From an uncultured Clostridia bacterium (lineage in GTDB: Bacteria; Bacillota; Clostridia; TANB77; CAG-508): 64,000 nucleotides of DNA. Every line of letters starts with the position of its first letter. The first letter of the stretch is position 1. This document shows positions 54,833 to 64,000 of the stretch, piece by piece. Location: assembly GCA_934167495.1 (NCBI GenBank), contig CAKPKP010000004.1:48148-112147 (forward strand), given 5' to 3'. The notes below the pieces were generated by a model. That model had not been told where the DNA came from. It did not search any database and saw nothing but the letters and a program-made list of their open reading frames with translations. The translations under genes and the position numbers were made by a program.

Positions 54833-56512
54833 ATGGCATTTGATGGAATTGTTACAAAAGCTGTAGTTTCAGAATTAAATGAATATATAATTGGAGCAAA
54901 AGTTAATAAAATATTTGAACCTACAAAAAATGAAATAATTTTAGGTTTATACTCTTCTGGAAAAAACTATTCATTAAATTTAAGCATAAATCCGGACTCT
55001 TGTAGAATAAATCTTTCTACACATTCTAAGGCTAATCCATTTAATGCACCTAATTTTTGTATGCTTCTTAGAAAATATTTAATTGGTTCAAGAATTATTT
55101 CTATAAATACTCCAGACTTAGAAAGAGTTGTAGAAATTGTATTTGAAGGCTATAATGAAATGAACGATTTAATTACTCGAAAATTATTTTTAGAAATTAT
55201 GAGTAGACAAAGTAATATTATATTTACTAATGAAAATAATATTATTATTGATACTTTAAAACATGTAGATAATTCTTCTAGGAATTTACTTCCTGCTAAT
55301 CCATATGTCTTACCTAATAATGATAAAATTAGTTTTTTGAATTTAAAGGATTTTTCAGAATTTAACTCTTACATAAGTAATTCTGAATTACCTAGTCTAG
55401 ATACAAAACTTTGCTCATTATTTATTGGATTTAGCAAAAGCTTTATAAATTGTAGTTTATCTGAACTAAATATAGATAATATTAACTATTCAAAAGAAGA
55501 TTTAATAAATTTGTATAACTATATTAAAAAAATTATTTCTAATTTTGGTACAAATAATATATCTTGCACAAATATAAATAGCAATGACTTTTCTATTATA
55601 TTAAAAAATTCTTCAAATTTAGATATAAATTTTTTTGTTGATGATTTTTACTACGAAAAAGAAGAAAACAATTTATTTAAAAGTGCTAAAAACAATTTAC
55701 TAAAAATAATTTTATCTTCTTTAAAAAAATGTTCAAAAAAATTAGAAAATATCAATTCAAAATTAAAAGAATGTGATTCAATGGATACTTATAGATTATA
55801 TGGTGAATTACTAACATCAAATTTATATAAATTAAAAGAAAATACTTCATCTATTACTTTAGAAAACTATTATGATAATAATAATTTAATTGAGATTCCA
55901 CTAGATAAATCTATATCTCCACATAAAAACGCTGATAAGTATTTCAAAAAATACAATAAATTAAAGAATGCTTTAAAAATTGTTTCTATTCAAAAACAAG
56001 AGGCTGAAAAAGAATTAGAATATATCGAAAGTATTATATTTTCACTTGAAAGTGCAGAAGATTTAATTGATATTAATGAAATATATGAAGAAGTTTCTCA
56101 AAATTTAATAACAAAAAAAGAAATTGAAAAAAATAAGAAAAGTTCAAAACATAAAGAAAAAGAAAAAATTTCAATCAACAATATTACTACTCTTGAGGAA
56201 AATGGATTTACAATTTTCATTGGAAAAAATAATATACAAAATGATTATTTGACTTTAAAATATGCAAATAAAAATGATATTTGGTTTCATACTCAAAAAA
56301 TTCATGGTAGTCACGTTATATTAAGGCTAAATGGTAACGAATTAAATGATGATATTTTGTACAGATGTGCATCTATTGCTATGCAAAACAGTAAAGCCAA
56401 AAATTCTTCAAATGTACCTGTTGATTATACATATGTAAGATATGTAAAAAAATCACCTAATTCAAAACCAGGTATGGTTATTTACACAAATTATAAAACT
56501 ATTTTTGTATAA
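54833..56512 (+). CDS. rqcH: Ribosome quality-control protein RqcH (NFACT / FbpA-family)
   Basis: MAFDGIVTKAVVSEL N-terminus, coiled-coil middle, C-terminal NFACT-R/DUF814 (DIWFHTQKIHGSHVIL). Confidence 0.85.
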   Translation: MAFDGIVTKAVVSELNEYIIGAKVNKIFEPTKNEIILGLYSSGKNYSLNLSINPDSCRINLSTHSKANPFNAPNFCMLLRKYLIGSRIISINTPDLERVVEIVFEGYNEMNDLITRKLFLEIMSRQSNIIFTNENNIIIDTLKHVDNSSRNLLPANPYVLPNNDKISFLNLKDFSEFNSYISNSELPSLDTKLCSLFIGFSKSFINCSLSELNIDNINYSKEDLINLYNYIKKIISNFGTNNISCTNINSNDFSIILKNSSNLDINFFVDDFYYEKEENNLFKSAKNNLLKIILSSLKKCSKKLENINSKLKECDSMDTYRLYGELLTSNLYKLKENTSSITLENYYDNNNLIEIPLDKSISPHKNADKYFKKYNKLKNALKIVSIQKQEAEKELEYIESIIFSLESAEDLIDINEIYEEVSQNLITKKEIEKNKKSSKHKEKEKISINNITTLEENGFTIFIGKNNIQNDYLTLKYANKNDIWFHTQKIHGSHVILRLNGNELNDDILYRCASIAMQNSKAKNSSNVPVDYTYVRYVKKSPNSKPGMVIYTNYKTIFV

Positions 56513-56520
56513 TACTAAAA

Positions 56521-56551
56521 AGGACATTATGCTATAATTACATAATGTCCT
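56521..56551 (+). terminator. Terminator after rqcH
   Basis: 11-bp stem AGGACATTATG / CATAATGTCCT, then a T-rich tract. Confidence 0.65.
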
Positions 56552-56565
56552 CTTTATTATATAAA

Positions 56566-56605
56566 ATTACATTGCACAGAAATTTGCTCTAAGCAACTTT
56601 CTCAA
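56566..56605 (-). repeat. Dispersed intergenic repeat, module 2, inverted orientation
   Basis: The reverse complement GAGAAAGTTGCTTAGAGCAAATTTCTGTGCAATGTAAT matches 19441-19478. Confidence 0.65.
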
Positions 56606-56611
56606 TTTCTA

Positions 56612-57814
56612 TTAATTGTTTGATATTAATCTTAAAGTATCTTTTGCTATCATTAATTCTTCGTTTGTTGGAACTACAAACATTTTTATTTTAGAATCTT
56701 GAGTAGAAATTTCTCTTTCACTACCTTTTACTTGATTTTTTTCTGTATCTAATTTTGCTCCAAACACTTCTAAATATTTGCAAATTCTTTCTCTTTCTTC
56801 TATTCCTTTTTCTCCAACTCCTCCTGCAAAAGCTATTACATCAACACCATTTAAAGAAACTATATATTGTGCTATATATTGTGCTATTTTATATGCTGCA
56901 TTTTCTAATGCTAGAATTGCTCTTTCGTTTCCTTTTAGTAATTCTTCTTCAATATCTCTAAAATCTGTTGATACGCCTGAAATTCCGTACGCTCCTGATT
57001 CTTTATTTAAAATTTTGTCCATCTCGTCTGGTGTTTTATTTTCTCTTTTCATTATATGGTAAACTATTGATGGATCTATATCTCCACATCTTGTTCCCAT
57101 TGGAATTCCTGCAAGTGGTGTAAATCCCATACTAGTATCTACTGATTTTCCACCATCTATTGCACATATACTTGCTCCTTGACCTATATGACAACTAATG
57201 ATTTTTAACTCACTTTCATCTTTTTTCATTATTTCTGCAACTCTTTCTGCTATATATCTGTGTGAAGTTCCGTGGAAACCATATTTTCTCATTTTATATT
57301 TTTCATAATATTCATATGGAATCGGATATATATATGCTTTTTTAGGCATTGTTTGATGAAATGCAGTATCAAATACAGCAACCATTGGTTTATTGGGTAA
57401 ATATTTTTTGCAAGACATAATTCCCCTAACGCTTGCTGGATTGTGTAATGGTGCAAGTACACTACATTCTTCTATTTTTTGTATTACTTCATCTGTTATT
57501 ATTACAGAATCGCTAAACATTTCTCCACCATGTACAATTCTATGTCCTATTGCATTTATTTCATCTAAGCTCTCTATTACTCCACACTCTTTACTCATTA
57601 ATAATTTTAAAATTACTTCTATTGCTTCATCATAATCTTTAACAGGATAATCTATTACTGTTTTATTTTCTTTTACATTTAATCTTAATGAAGAATTTTT
57701 TTCACCTATTCTCTCATAATTTCCTTTTACTAATCTTATATCATTTTCCATATCTATTAATTGATATTTCAATGATGAACTACCACAATTTAAAACTAAT
57801 ATTTTCATTTTCAT
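56612..57814 (-). CDS. ackA: Acetate kinase
   Basis: ILVLNCGSSSLKYQL, HRIVHGG, GFHGTSH. Confidence 0.94.
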   Translation of the reverse strand: MKMKILVLNCGSSSLKYQLIDMENDIRLVKGNYERIGEKNSSLRLNVKENKTVIDYPVKDYDEAIEVILKLLMSKECGVIESLDEINAIGHRIVHGGEMFSDSVIITDEVIQKIEECSVLAPLHNPASVRGIMSCKKYLPNKPMVAVFDTAFHQTMPKKAYIYPIPYEYYEKYKMRKYGFHGTSHRYIAERVAEIMKKDESELKIISCHIGQGASICAIDGGKSVDTSMGFTPLAGIPMGTRCGDIDPSIVYHIMKRENKTPDEMDKILNKESGAYGISGVSTDFRDIEEELLKGNERAILALENAAYKIAQYIAQYIVSLNGVDVIAFAGGVGEKGIEERERICKYLEVFGAKLDTEKNQVKGSEREISTQDSKIKMFVVPTNEELMIAKDTLRLISNN

Positions 57815-57928
57815 CTGTTCCTTTCCTAATATTCTTAATATATATCATTTATTTTATTTTTTTTCAATATGTATTTTTAAGTCCGCATTTTTATTCTCAT
57901 GCAAAAATTTTATCACCTCATCAGTTTT

Positions 57929-58001
57929 GTGTCAAAAATCTCCGTCCCCATTGACACGTCAATTGATAGCTCATGTCAATGGGGACGGAGATTTTTGACA
58001 C
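57929..58001. repeat. Perfect inverted repeat: 28-bp arms, 17-nt spacer
   Basis: GTGTCAAAAATCTCCGTCCCCATTGACA (57929-56) is the exact reverse complement of 57974-58001. Confidence 0.9.
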
Positions 58002-58014
58002 AAAATAAGAAAAA

Positions 58015-58041
58015 TTCCTGCATGCAATTGCAATGCAGGAA
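58015..58041 (-). terminator. Terminator of the 58066..58848 gene
   Basis: Stem TTCCTGCAT / ATGCAGGAA, followed on the minus strand by TTTTTCTTATTTT. Confidence 0.65.
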
Positions 58042-58065
58042 AAAAGAAATTACATAAAACATTTC

Positions 58066-58848
58066 TTATGAAAGTGAGCGATAAAAAACTGTGTCGCTAA
58101 ACTTTATTTTTTCTGGAACATTCTTTCTCTTGGCTCTTTCGGAATCTGTTATATTTGTATCTGAATAGAAATATATTGCTCCATCTGTAACCATTACTGA
58201 AGTTGGATCTTCGCCTGCAATAGCCTTATCTACTGCTACAAAAACTTCTTCCGGAATGTCTTCCATATAAAGAACTTTGCGCACATTGGCTTCTTCAAAC
58301 CAATATACTTCTCCATCATCAGTTGTTGAAAACTGTCCGTCCTGGAAAACTACTTCTGAAACAGAATCAGGGAATTCTTTATCTGTAGTTCTTTTTAAAA
58401 TAACAGATGCTATGCTTGTCATTTCTTTTATGGAAGTACCGTCTGTAGACTCTGCAAATGTTACTTTACAAAGGAGATTGTATTCTTCATCTGTTAATGA
58501 GTACTTTTCATTATTGGAATCCGAATCTGATGAAGCTGATTCTTCAATAGACTTTATGTACTCTATTGTTTCTTCAAGTTCTTCCTCAGAACAACCTCCA
58601 CATGTTCTAGAAACACTAGCAACATTCTCTTTTTTTGTTTCATTTTCATCTACAGTTTCAAGCTGTTCAACTTTCACAACCTCTGTTACTAAACAGTCTT
58701 CTACTTCTCTGACTGTTAATCCAGAATTTGCTGAGCTTACATTTGAAACCAGAAATACTGTTACCAGCACAATACTAAGCAGTATTGCAACTATATTTCT
58801 CCGTCTGTTTGCCTTTCTTGTTCTTTTAACTTCATTGTATATATTCAT
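58066..58848 (-). CDS. Membrane-anchored cell-wall hydrolase (SleB/CwlJ Hydrolase_2-type domain)
   Basis: N-terminal TM anchor. LLCKVTFAESTDGTSIKEMTSIASVILKR...VVFQDGQFS matches the Hydrolase_2 pattern. GC-richer than its neighbours. Confidence 0.65.
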   Translation of the reverse strand: MNIYNEVKRTRKANRRRNIVAILLSIVLVTVFLVSNVSSANSGLTVREVEDCLVTEVVKVEQLETVDENETKKENVASVSRTCGGCSEEELEETIEYIKSIEESASSDSDSNNEKYSLTDEEYNLLCKVTFAESTDGTSIKEMTSIASVILKRTTDKEFPDSVSEVVFQDGQFSTTDDGEVYWFEEANVRKVLYMEDIPEEVFVAVDKAIAGEDPTSVMVTDGAIYFYSDTNITDSERAKRKNVPEKIKFSDTVFYRSLS

Positions 58849-58934
58849 ATTACTTTGAAGCTCCTTTCTTTAAATAAAAAATTTATACTTTTATTATAGC
58901 ATATTTTCAAATATTTCTCAAATTCAGCTTTTTA

Positions 58935-60860
58935 TTAGAAAATTATTCCCTCTACATAATATTCATTACCATAAATATCTGTTATTTTATAATAAACGTA
59001 AAAATCTCCGCTTCCTACTTCATCATAAGTTACAATTAGCCCATTGTTATCGCTTACAACAAGTGTATCTCCAATTATATAACTATCCTCGTATTCACCA
59101 TCATATGTATAATAATCAAATAAAAATTCTATTCTATCTCCTGCTTTGATATCTTTTAAGCCTTTTGCAACTATTGTTGTATCTCCATACCCATTTACTG
59201 GTTGTGCACCTATAACTTTTCCACTAGATTCTTGATTATACCATACAACTATTAAATTTACTAAACTATCATTTAAATATGCTGGAATAGCTCCTTTAGT
59301 ATATTCATCATCCTCTTCTATTACATAAAAAGGTACTGTTTGCCCTTCTATAGAAATCCATGTTCCATCAAATATAATTTTTAAATCTCCAGCTTCATCG
59401 AATTCGTAGTAATTATCACTACCTAAATCAATAAATCCTTCTTCATCATCATAAAATACTTCACACCCGATACTTACTATATTCTCCCAATCTTCATCAC
59501 TTAATTCAAGTGCATAATATTCACCTTTATCAATCACCTCTAGTTCTTCGTATTGTGATTCTTCATAGTAATCTGAATATGAATCTATAATTGCATTATT
59601 ATACCAATCGTACTGGGTATAATCTTCATTAGTAGCATATGTATGTGAATGTATTGTATATTCATTATTTTTTCCACCAACTAATAAATTTACAAATGTT
59701 GTTAATGTATCTATATATGAATCATCTATACCTATTTTTGGATATATTTCTAGCATTTTTTCATAATCTTCTATATTATTATATGGAAAATATATTGATA
59801 AACCACTTGAATCTTCTACTAAATCAGTTACTTTATTATAAACAACTGCCTCGTTTAATGAATTTATTAAATCATTTGTTTTTGAGTTATTTATTTTCTT
59901 AGCAAAATCTACTAAATCAATTGTATCACATTCACCTTCTGCATATGATTTGCTCTCTTCTATAGATTTAGATATGTATGCAAAATCGTTTCCTTCTATA
60001 TTGTTTATTTTTATTTCTTGCATAAAATCATATAAATTTGAAAATACATCATTCATTTTTCTTAAATCTATAGTGCTTAAAGTTGCGTCTGAATACCAAA
60101 ATAAAGAATTGTTACTCTTTATAAATTCATCAACTATTACTTTTGATAGTTCCACTGTATTTTCAGATGTGTTACTTGATAATTTATTTAATAAACTAAC
60201 ATATTCCCATCCAGTTCCTGGTTCAGTTTCTTCTGATGCAATTAAATAATCTGAAACATCTTTTAAAGCATATGCTGTTTCAACATTTGCCATTAAGCAT
60301 GCATCAAACCCTACAAATTCAAAATGTACATTTGATTGTTCTAAGGCATATTTTAATTCGTCTAATGTTAATGTATCGTCTTCATCAATATTATTTTCAT
60401 CATAACCATAACCACTTATTGCTCCACCACCATGATCCCATAATATTAAACTATATCTATCTGCTGGATATTCCGTTTTACAAAATTCTACAAAATTTAA
60501 TAATGTATCTGCTTCTGTCATTGATTTTATTTCTAATTCATCTTTTATAAGATTTAATTCTCCATTTTCTATTTTGTATATTTGATTACTTGTACTAGAA
60601 ATTTCATAATCCTGCCATTCTAGAGTGCCACCAGTTTGTAATATTACATTAACTTTTTCATCTATAGTAGCATCTAACATTTCTGAAATATCTGTTGTGG
60701 CATATCCTCCGTCTGATTCTAAATCTGATGCACACATATATATCATTAATGTGTATGTATCAGTTCCTTCATTTTCAACAACATCATCACTAAAAAATAT
60801 AAATATTCCAAACAGCACAATTAAAATTATTATTGCAATAATTATTTTTTTCTTTTTCAT
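58935..60860 (-). CDS. Clostripain-family (peptidase C11) cysteine protease
   Basis: N-terminal anchor. LMIYMCASDLE, catalytic His ILWDHGGG, catalytic Cys GFDACLM. Confidence 0.85.
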   Translation of the reverse strand: MKKKKIIIAIIILIVLFGIFIFFSDDVVENEGTDTYTLMIYMCASDLESDGGYATTDISEMLDATIDEKVNVILQTGGTLEWQDYEISSTSNQIYKIENGELNLIKDELEIKSMTEADTLLNFVEFCKTEYPADRYSLILWDHGGGAISGYGYDENNIDEDDTLTLDELKYALEQSNVHFEFVGFDACLMANVETAYALKDVSDYLIASEETEPGTGWEYVSLLNKLSSNTSENTVELSKVIVDEFIKSNNSLFWYSDATLSTIDLRKMNDVFSNLYDFMQEIKINNIEGNDFAYISKSIEESKSYAEGECDTIDLVDFAKKINNSKTNDLINSLNEAVVYNKVTDLVEDSSGLSIYFPYNNIEDYEKMLEIYPKIGIDDSYIDTLTTFVNLLVGGKNNEYTIHSHTYATNEDYTQYDWYNNAIIDSYSDYYEESQYEELEVIDKGEYYALELSDEDWENIVSIGCEVFYDDEEGFIDLGSDNYYEFDEAGDLKIIFDGTWISIEGQTVPFYVIEEDDEYTKGAIPAYLNDSLVNLIVVWYNQESSGKVIGAQPVNGYGDTTIVAKGLKDIKAGDRIEFLFDYYTYDGEYEDSYIIGDTLVVSDNNGLIVTYDEVGSGDFYVYYKITDIYGNEYYVEGIIF

Positions 60861-60869
60861 ATTTTCTCC

Positions 60870-60922
60870 ATTCTGTACAAAGTATTTATATAATAGGAAA
60901 TTTTGAAGAATTTCCTATTATA
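60870..60922 (+). repeat. Dispersed intergenic repeat (tail of module 2 plus module 3 hairpin)
   Basis: TTCTGTACAAAGTATTTAT matches 19466-19484 exactly. The hairpin ATAATAGGAAATT-TTGAAG-AATTTCCTATTAT follows. Confidence 0.7.
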
Positions 60923-60929
60923 TAAAAAA

Positions 60930-60953
60930 TAATCCTTGTATTTTCAAGGATTA
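60930..60953 (-). terminator. Terminator of the lipoprotein gene
   Basis: Stem TAATCCTTG / CAAGGATTA, followed on the minus strand by a T6 run. Confidence 0.65.
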
Positions 60954-60976
60954 CTTTCATTTAAATAAATAATTTA

Positions 60977-61411
60977 TTAGTTTGCTGTAGCTATTGGTGT
61001 TCCATCTTCTGCAGCTGTTAATGTTATTGTTCCACCATCTGTGCTTAATTCTCCTAAATTTAAGTTTCTGAATTCTACTTCTGTTCCTTCTTCATCAATT
61101 GCTTTTATATCCCATTCGATATTATTTTTGTCGATATTTAATACAACTGTTAATTGTGTTCCTGTTGGCATTTCTTCTCCTGATAATAATTCACTTCCCC
61201 AGTTGTCTAATCCAGCTCCTGAAATATATAATTCTTTTATTGTTGTATCTGGATACATATTAATAAATGCTACTGGAACTTGAATAACATTTGATTGTTC
61301 TTCTCCTCCTGTAGTTGTTTCGTCACTTCCACAACCTGTTAGCATAAACATTGATACTGATAAAATTGCTATTAAAGCAATTACTAATAATGATTTTTTG
61401 TTTTTTGTCAT
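60977..61411 (-). CDS. Small lipoprotein, function unknown
   Basis: Signal peptide with lipobox MLTG|C, 144 aa. Confidence 0.75.
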   Translation of the reverse strand: MTKNKKSLLVIALIAILSVSMFMLTGCGSDETTTGGEEQSNVIQVPVAFINMYPDTTIKELYISGAGLDNWGSELLSGEEMPTGTQLTVVLNIDKNNIEWDIKAIDEEGTEVEFRNLNLGELSTDGGTITLTAAEDGTPIATAN

Positions 61412-61530
61412 TTTTTTAATCCCCTTTCATAAATTTACACACATTATAACATATTTCGATAATTTGTCAAACTTTTTTGGGTAAAAAGTATATGTATAAT
61501 ATATATTATATTATATCTTGCATTGTTTCT

Positions 61531-62316
61531 TTACTTTTTTAAATATTTATTTATTAAAATCATTAATATAGAAAATATAAATATAATTAATGATACTAAT
61601 TGAGATACTCTTATATTTCCTAGCATTAAACTATCTGTTCTTAAACCTTCAATAAAGAATCTTGCAATAGAATATGTTGCTAAATATATATATGTTAATT
61701 GACCTGAATATTTTCTTTTATTTCTTATATTAAATAAAAAAATAAAAAGGAAAAAAGTTACAATTGATTCATACAAAAAAGTAGGATGTACTTCCTTATA
61801 AATATCATTTTCTATAATTCCCATTCTAATAAAATTACTAGTTTCTGTTCCATATGCCTCTACATTTATAAAATTTCCCCATCTTCCAATTGCTTGCCCC
61901 ATAGCAACATATGGCACTACATAATCTAACACATCTAATATATTTATTTTTTTTATTTTGCAATACATTATTATTGTAATTGTTCCTGCAATAATTCCTC
62001 CATATATTGCTAATCCTCCATCACGGATATTTAGTATCTTTGTTGGATTAGAAAAATAATAATTGATATTAAAAATTACATAGTATATTCTTGCTCCTAT
62101 AAAAGCAATAGGTATTGTAAGTATTATTAATAACAATATATCATCAAAATTTATATTGTATTTTTTATCATCTTTATTCATAAGAAAAATAGATAAAGCC
62201 ATTGCAAATGTTATAAGAATAGCATACCAATATATATTAACTCCAAATAACGAAAAAGCTATTCTGGATATATGCAACTTTAAGTTTAAAGCTGGAAATG
62301 TTATTTCATTTATCAT
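61531..62316 (-). CDS. lgt: Prolipoprotein diacylglyceryl transferase
   Basis: GRWGNFINVEAYG and HPTFLYES motifs. Confidence 0.92.
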   Translation of the reverse strand: MINEITFPALNLKLHISRIAFSLFGVNIYWYAILITFAMALSIFLMNKDDKKYNINFDDILLLIILTIPIAFIGARIYYVIFNINYYFSNPTKILNIRDGGLAIYGGIIAGTITIIMYCKIKKINILDVLDYVVPYVAMGQAIGRWGNFINVEAYGTETSNFIRMGIIENDIYKEVHPTFLYESIVTFFLFIFLFNIRNKRKYSGQLTYIYLATYSIARFFIEGLRTDSLMLGNIRVSQLVSLIIFIFSILMILINKYLKK

Positions 62317-62473
62317 ATTTATTTTCCTCTTTCTTATAATTTTAATTTACCATATAATAACATATTTTAAATAAAAAAACATCTCATAACTTCATCTTTT
62401 TTTGACTTTTGCATATTATAAATATTATATATTAATTTATTTCTGATATTTCATTATCAGATTGGAGGTTTTT

Positions 62474-64000
62474 ATGTGTGGAATTGTTGGAATAGTCAAC
62501 TATGATAAAGATATTTCTAATCAATATTCAATAATTAGAAATATGAACAGAACTTTAAGTAAACGTGGTCCAGATGAAGAAGGTTTCTTTTTTGAAAAAC
62601 ATGTTAATTTTGGTCAACGTAGATTGATTGTTATAGATCCTGTTCGGAGGAAAGCAACCAATGTCATGTATATATAATGATATTACATATACAATTGTAT
62701 ATAATGGTCAAATATATAATACTAAAGAATTACGTGAAACCTTAGTATCTAATGGATTCAAATTTAAAGGTCATTCAGATACAGAAGTTTTACTTAAGGC
62801 TTATATTCATTATGGTTTAGATGTATGTAATCATTTAAATGGTATCTTTGCTTTTGCAATTTGGAATAATAAAACACAAGAATTATTTTTAGCAAGAGAT
62901 CATTTTGGAATTAAACCGTTATATTATACTTTTTCTAATAATAACTTGATTTTTGCTTCTGAAATTAAAGCAATTCTTGAACATCCAGAAATAACGGCTA
63001 GAATTGATGAAACTGGAATTAAAGAATTATTTGGTATAGGTCCTGCTCATAGTCCTGGCAATTGTCCATTTAAAGACATATTCGAATTAGAGCCAGCTCA
63101 TTTTGCAATATATAATAAAGATACTTTTATAAAAAAGAACTATTGGAAATTAAAAAGCAAGCCTCATACAGATGATTTCGAAACTACTTGTAACACAGTA
63201 AAATCATTACTTGAAGATTCTATTGAAAGACAATTAGTTTCTGATGTTCCTTTATGTACTTTACTTTCTGGTGGACTTGATTCTAGCATAATTACAGCAT
63301 ATGCTAGTAACTATTGTAAAAAACATCAAATGCCTACTTTAAATACTTTTTCTGTTGATTATGTTGATAATGACAAGAACTTTGTAAAAAGTGATTTTCA
63401 ACCTAATAGTGACAAATATTATATAGACTTAATGGTAAATACATTTAAAACAAATCATAAAACAATAGTTATAGATACACCAGAACTAGTAAAAGAACTA
63501 GACAATGCATGTATCGCACGTGATTTTCCAGGTATGGCAGATGTAGACTCATCTTTTTTACTATTTTGCAAATATATAAAACCATATGCAACTGTTACAC
63601 TTTCTGGTGAATGTGCAGATGAAATTTTTGGAGGATACCCTTGGTTCTTTAGAAAAGATTGCTTAGAAAGTAATACTTTTCCTTGGTCTATAGCTATTTC
63701 TGAAAGACAAGAATTATTAAATAAAGATATTTCTAAAAAAGTAAATTTAAAAGAATATATTGATTCAAAATATTTTGAAAGTTTAAATAAAGTTGAAATT
63801 TTATCAGATGACTCTCCCGAAACTGCAGAGAAAAGAAAGATTTTCTACTTAAATTTAAATTGGTTTATGCAAACTTTATTAGATAGAACAGACAGAATGT
63901 CTATGTTTAATGGATTTGAAGTTAGAGTTCCTTTCTGTGATTATAGAATTGTTGAATATGTATGGAATATTCCTTGGGAAATGAAAGCTTATAAAGGCAG
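62474..64000 (+). pseudogene. asnB: Asparagine synthase (glutamine-hydrolysing), interrupted by a +1 frameshift at 62645; runs off the right window edge
   Basis: MCGIVG N-terminus (Cys2 nucleophile), GGAGG 5 nt upstream of ATG 62474. GTT [C] GGA GGA AAG CAA CCA ATG restores ...RRLIVIDPVGGKQPM.... The downstream frame (GIFAFAIWN..., SGGLDSS PP-loop) is open to position 64000. Confidence 0.88.

Noticed and set aside
58277-58858. 193-aa plus-strand Ser-rich ORF
   Set aside because: It is antisense to the Hydrolase_2-domain gene. Its length is a consequence of the locally higher GC. It has no start context.
62462-62473. TTG start for asnB, as given in the ORF track
   Set aside because: Class II (Ntn) amidotransferases need Cys as the first residue after Met removal. 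ATG 62474 gives MCGIVG and is preceded by GGAGG at the correct distance.

Overview
This is a very AT-rich chromosomal segment of Firmicutes/Clostridia type. GC looks well under 30% by eye and was not computed. Most genes lie on the minus strand. Spore-former markers are present (gpr, ytxC-like, dpaA-like).

Core content:
- pflB-pflA, asd, two RluA-family pseudouridine synthases, yebC, queA-tgt, rnhA, tmcAL-like, dprA, folD, uppP, rqcH, ackA, lgt and asnB.
- A ~15 kb cell-surface polysaccharide locus (11.0-26.3 kb): CapD/PglF-like dehydratase, DegT aminotransferase, initiating sugar-phosphate transferase, GT2, a fused double GT4, Wzy-like, Wzx, acetyltransferase, epimerase, Ugd, LCP ligase and a pilin-like/LamG protein.
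- Two ABC export systems, one with a TetR and one with a MarR regulator.
- A sortase with a cognate LPEVG-anchored SH3b protein, and a clostripain-family protease.
- An intact IS1182-type insertion sequence with 39-bp inverted repeats.

I saw no rRNA, tRNA or CRISPR array.

Observations worth follow-up:
1. Three unrelated genes (an RluA-family synthase, an HExxH protein and asnB) are each interrupted by a one-base +1 frameshift in the same context, U-[C]-GG. The zero-frame codon at each break is CGG, a codon that native genes in this window otherwise almost never use.
2. A 3 x 115-bp tandem array of long-stem hairpin units lies between tmcAL and dprA. Its stem arms are perfectly conserved and its cores have diverged.
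3. A GC-richer orphan gene sits next to the IS, with a near-consensus promoter and a strong terminator.
4. A modular dispersed intergenic repeat family occurs at seven or more loci. There is also a 28-bp-arm perfect palindrome that shares a 15-mer with the IS flank.
5. A MarR gene appears to need a non-canonical ATT start.

All calls rest on reading the sequence and recognising motifs. No database search was possible.
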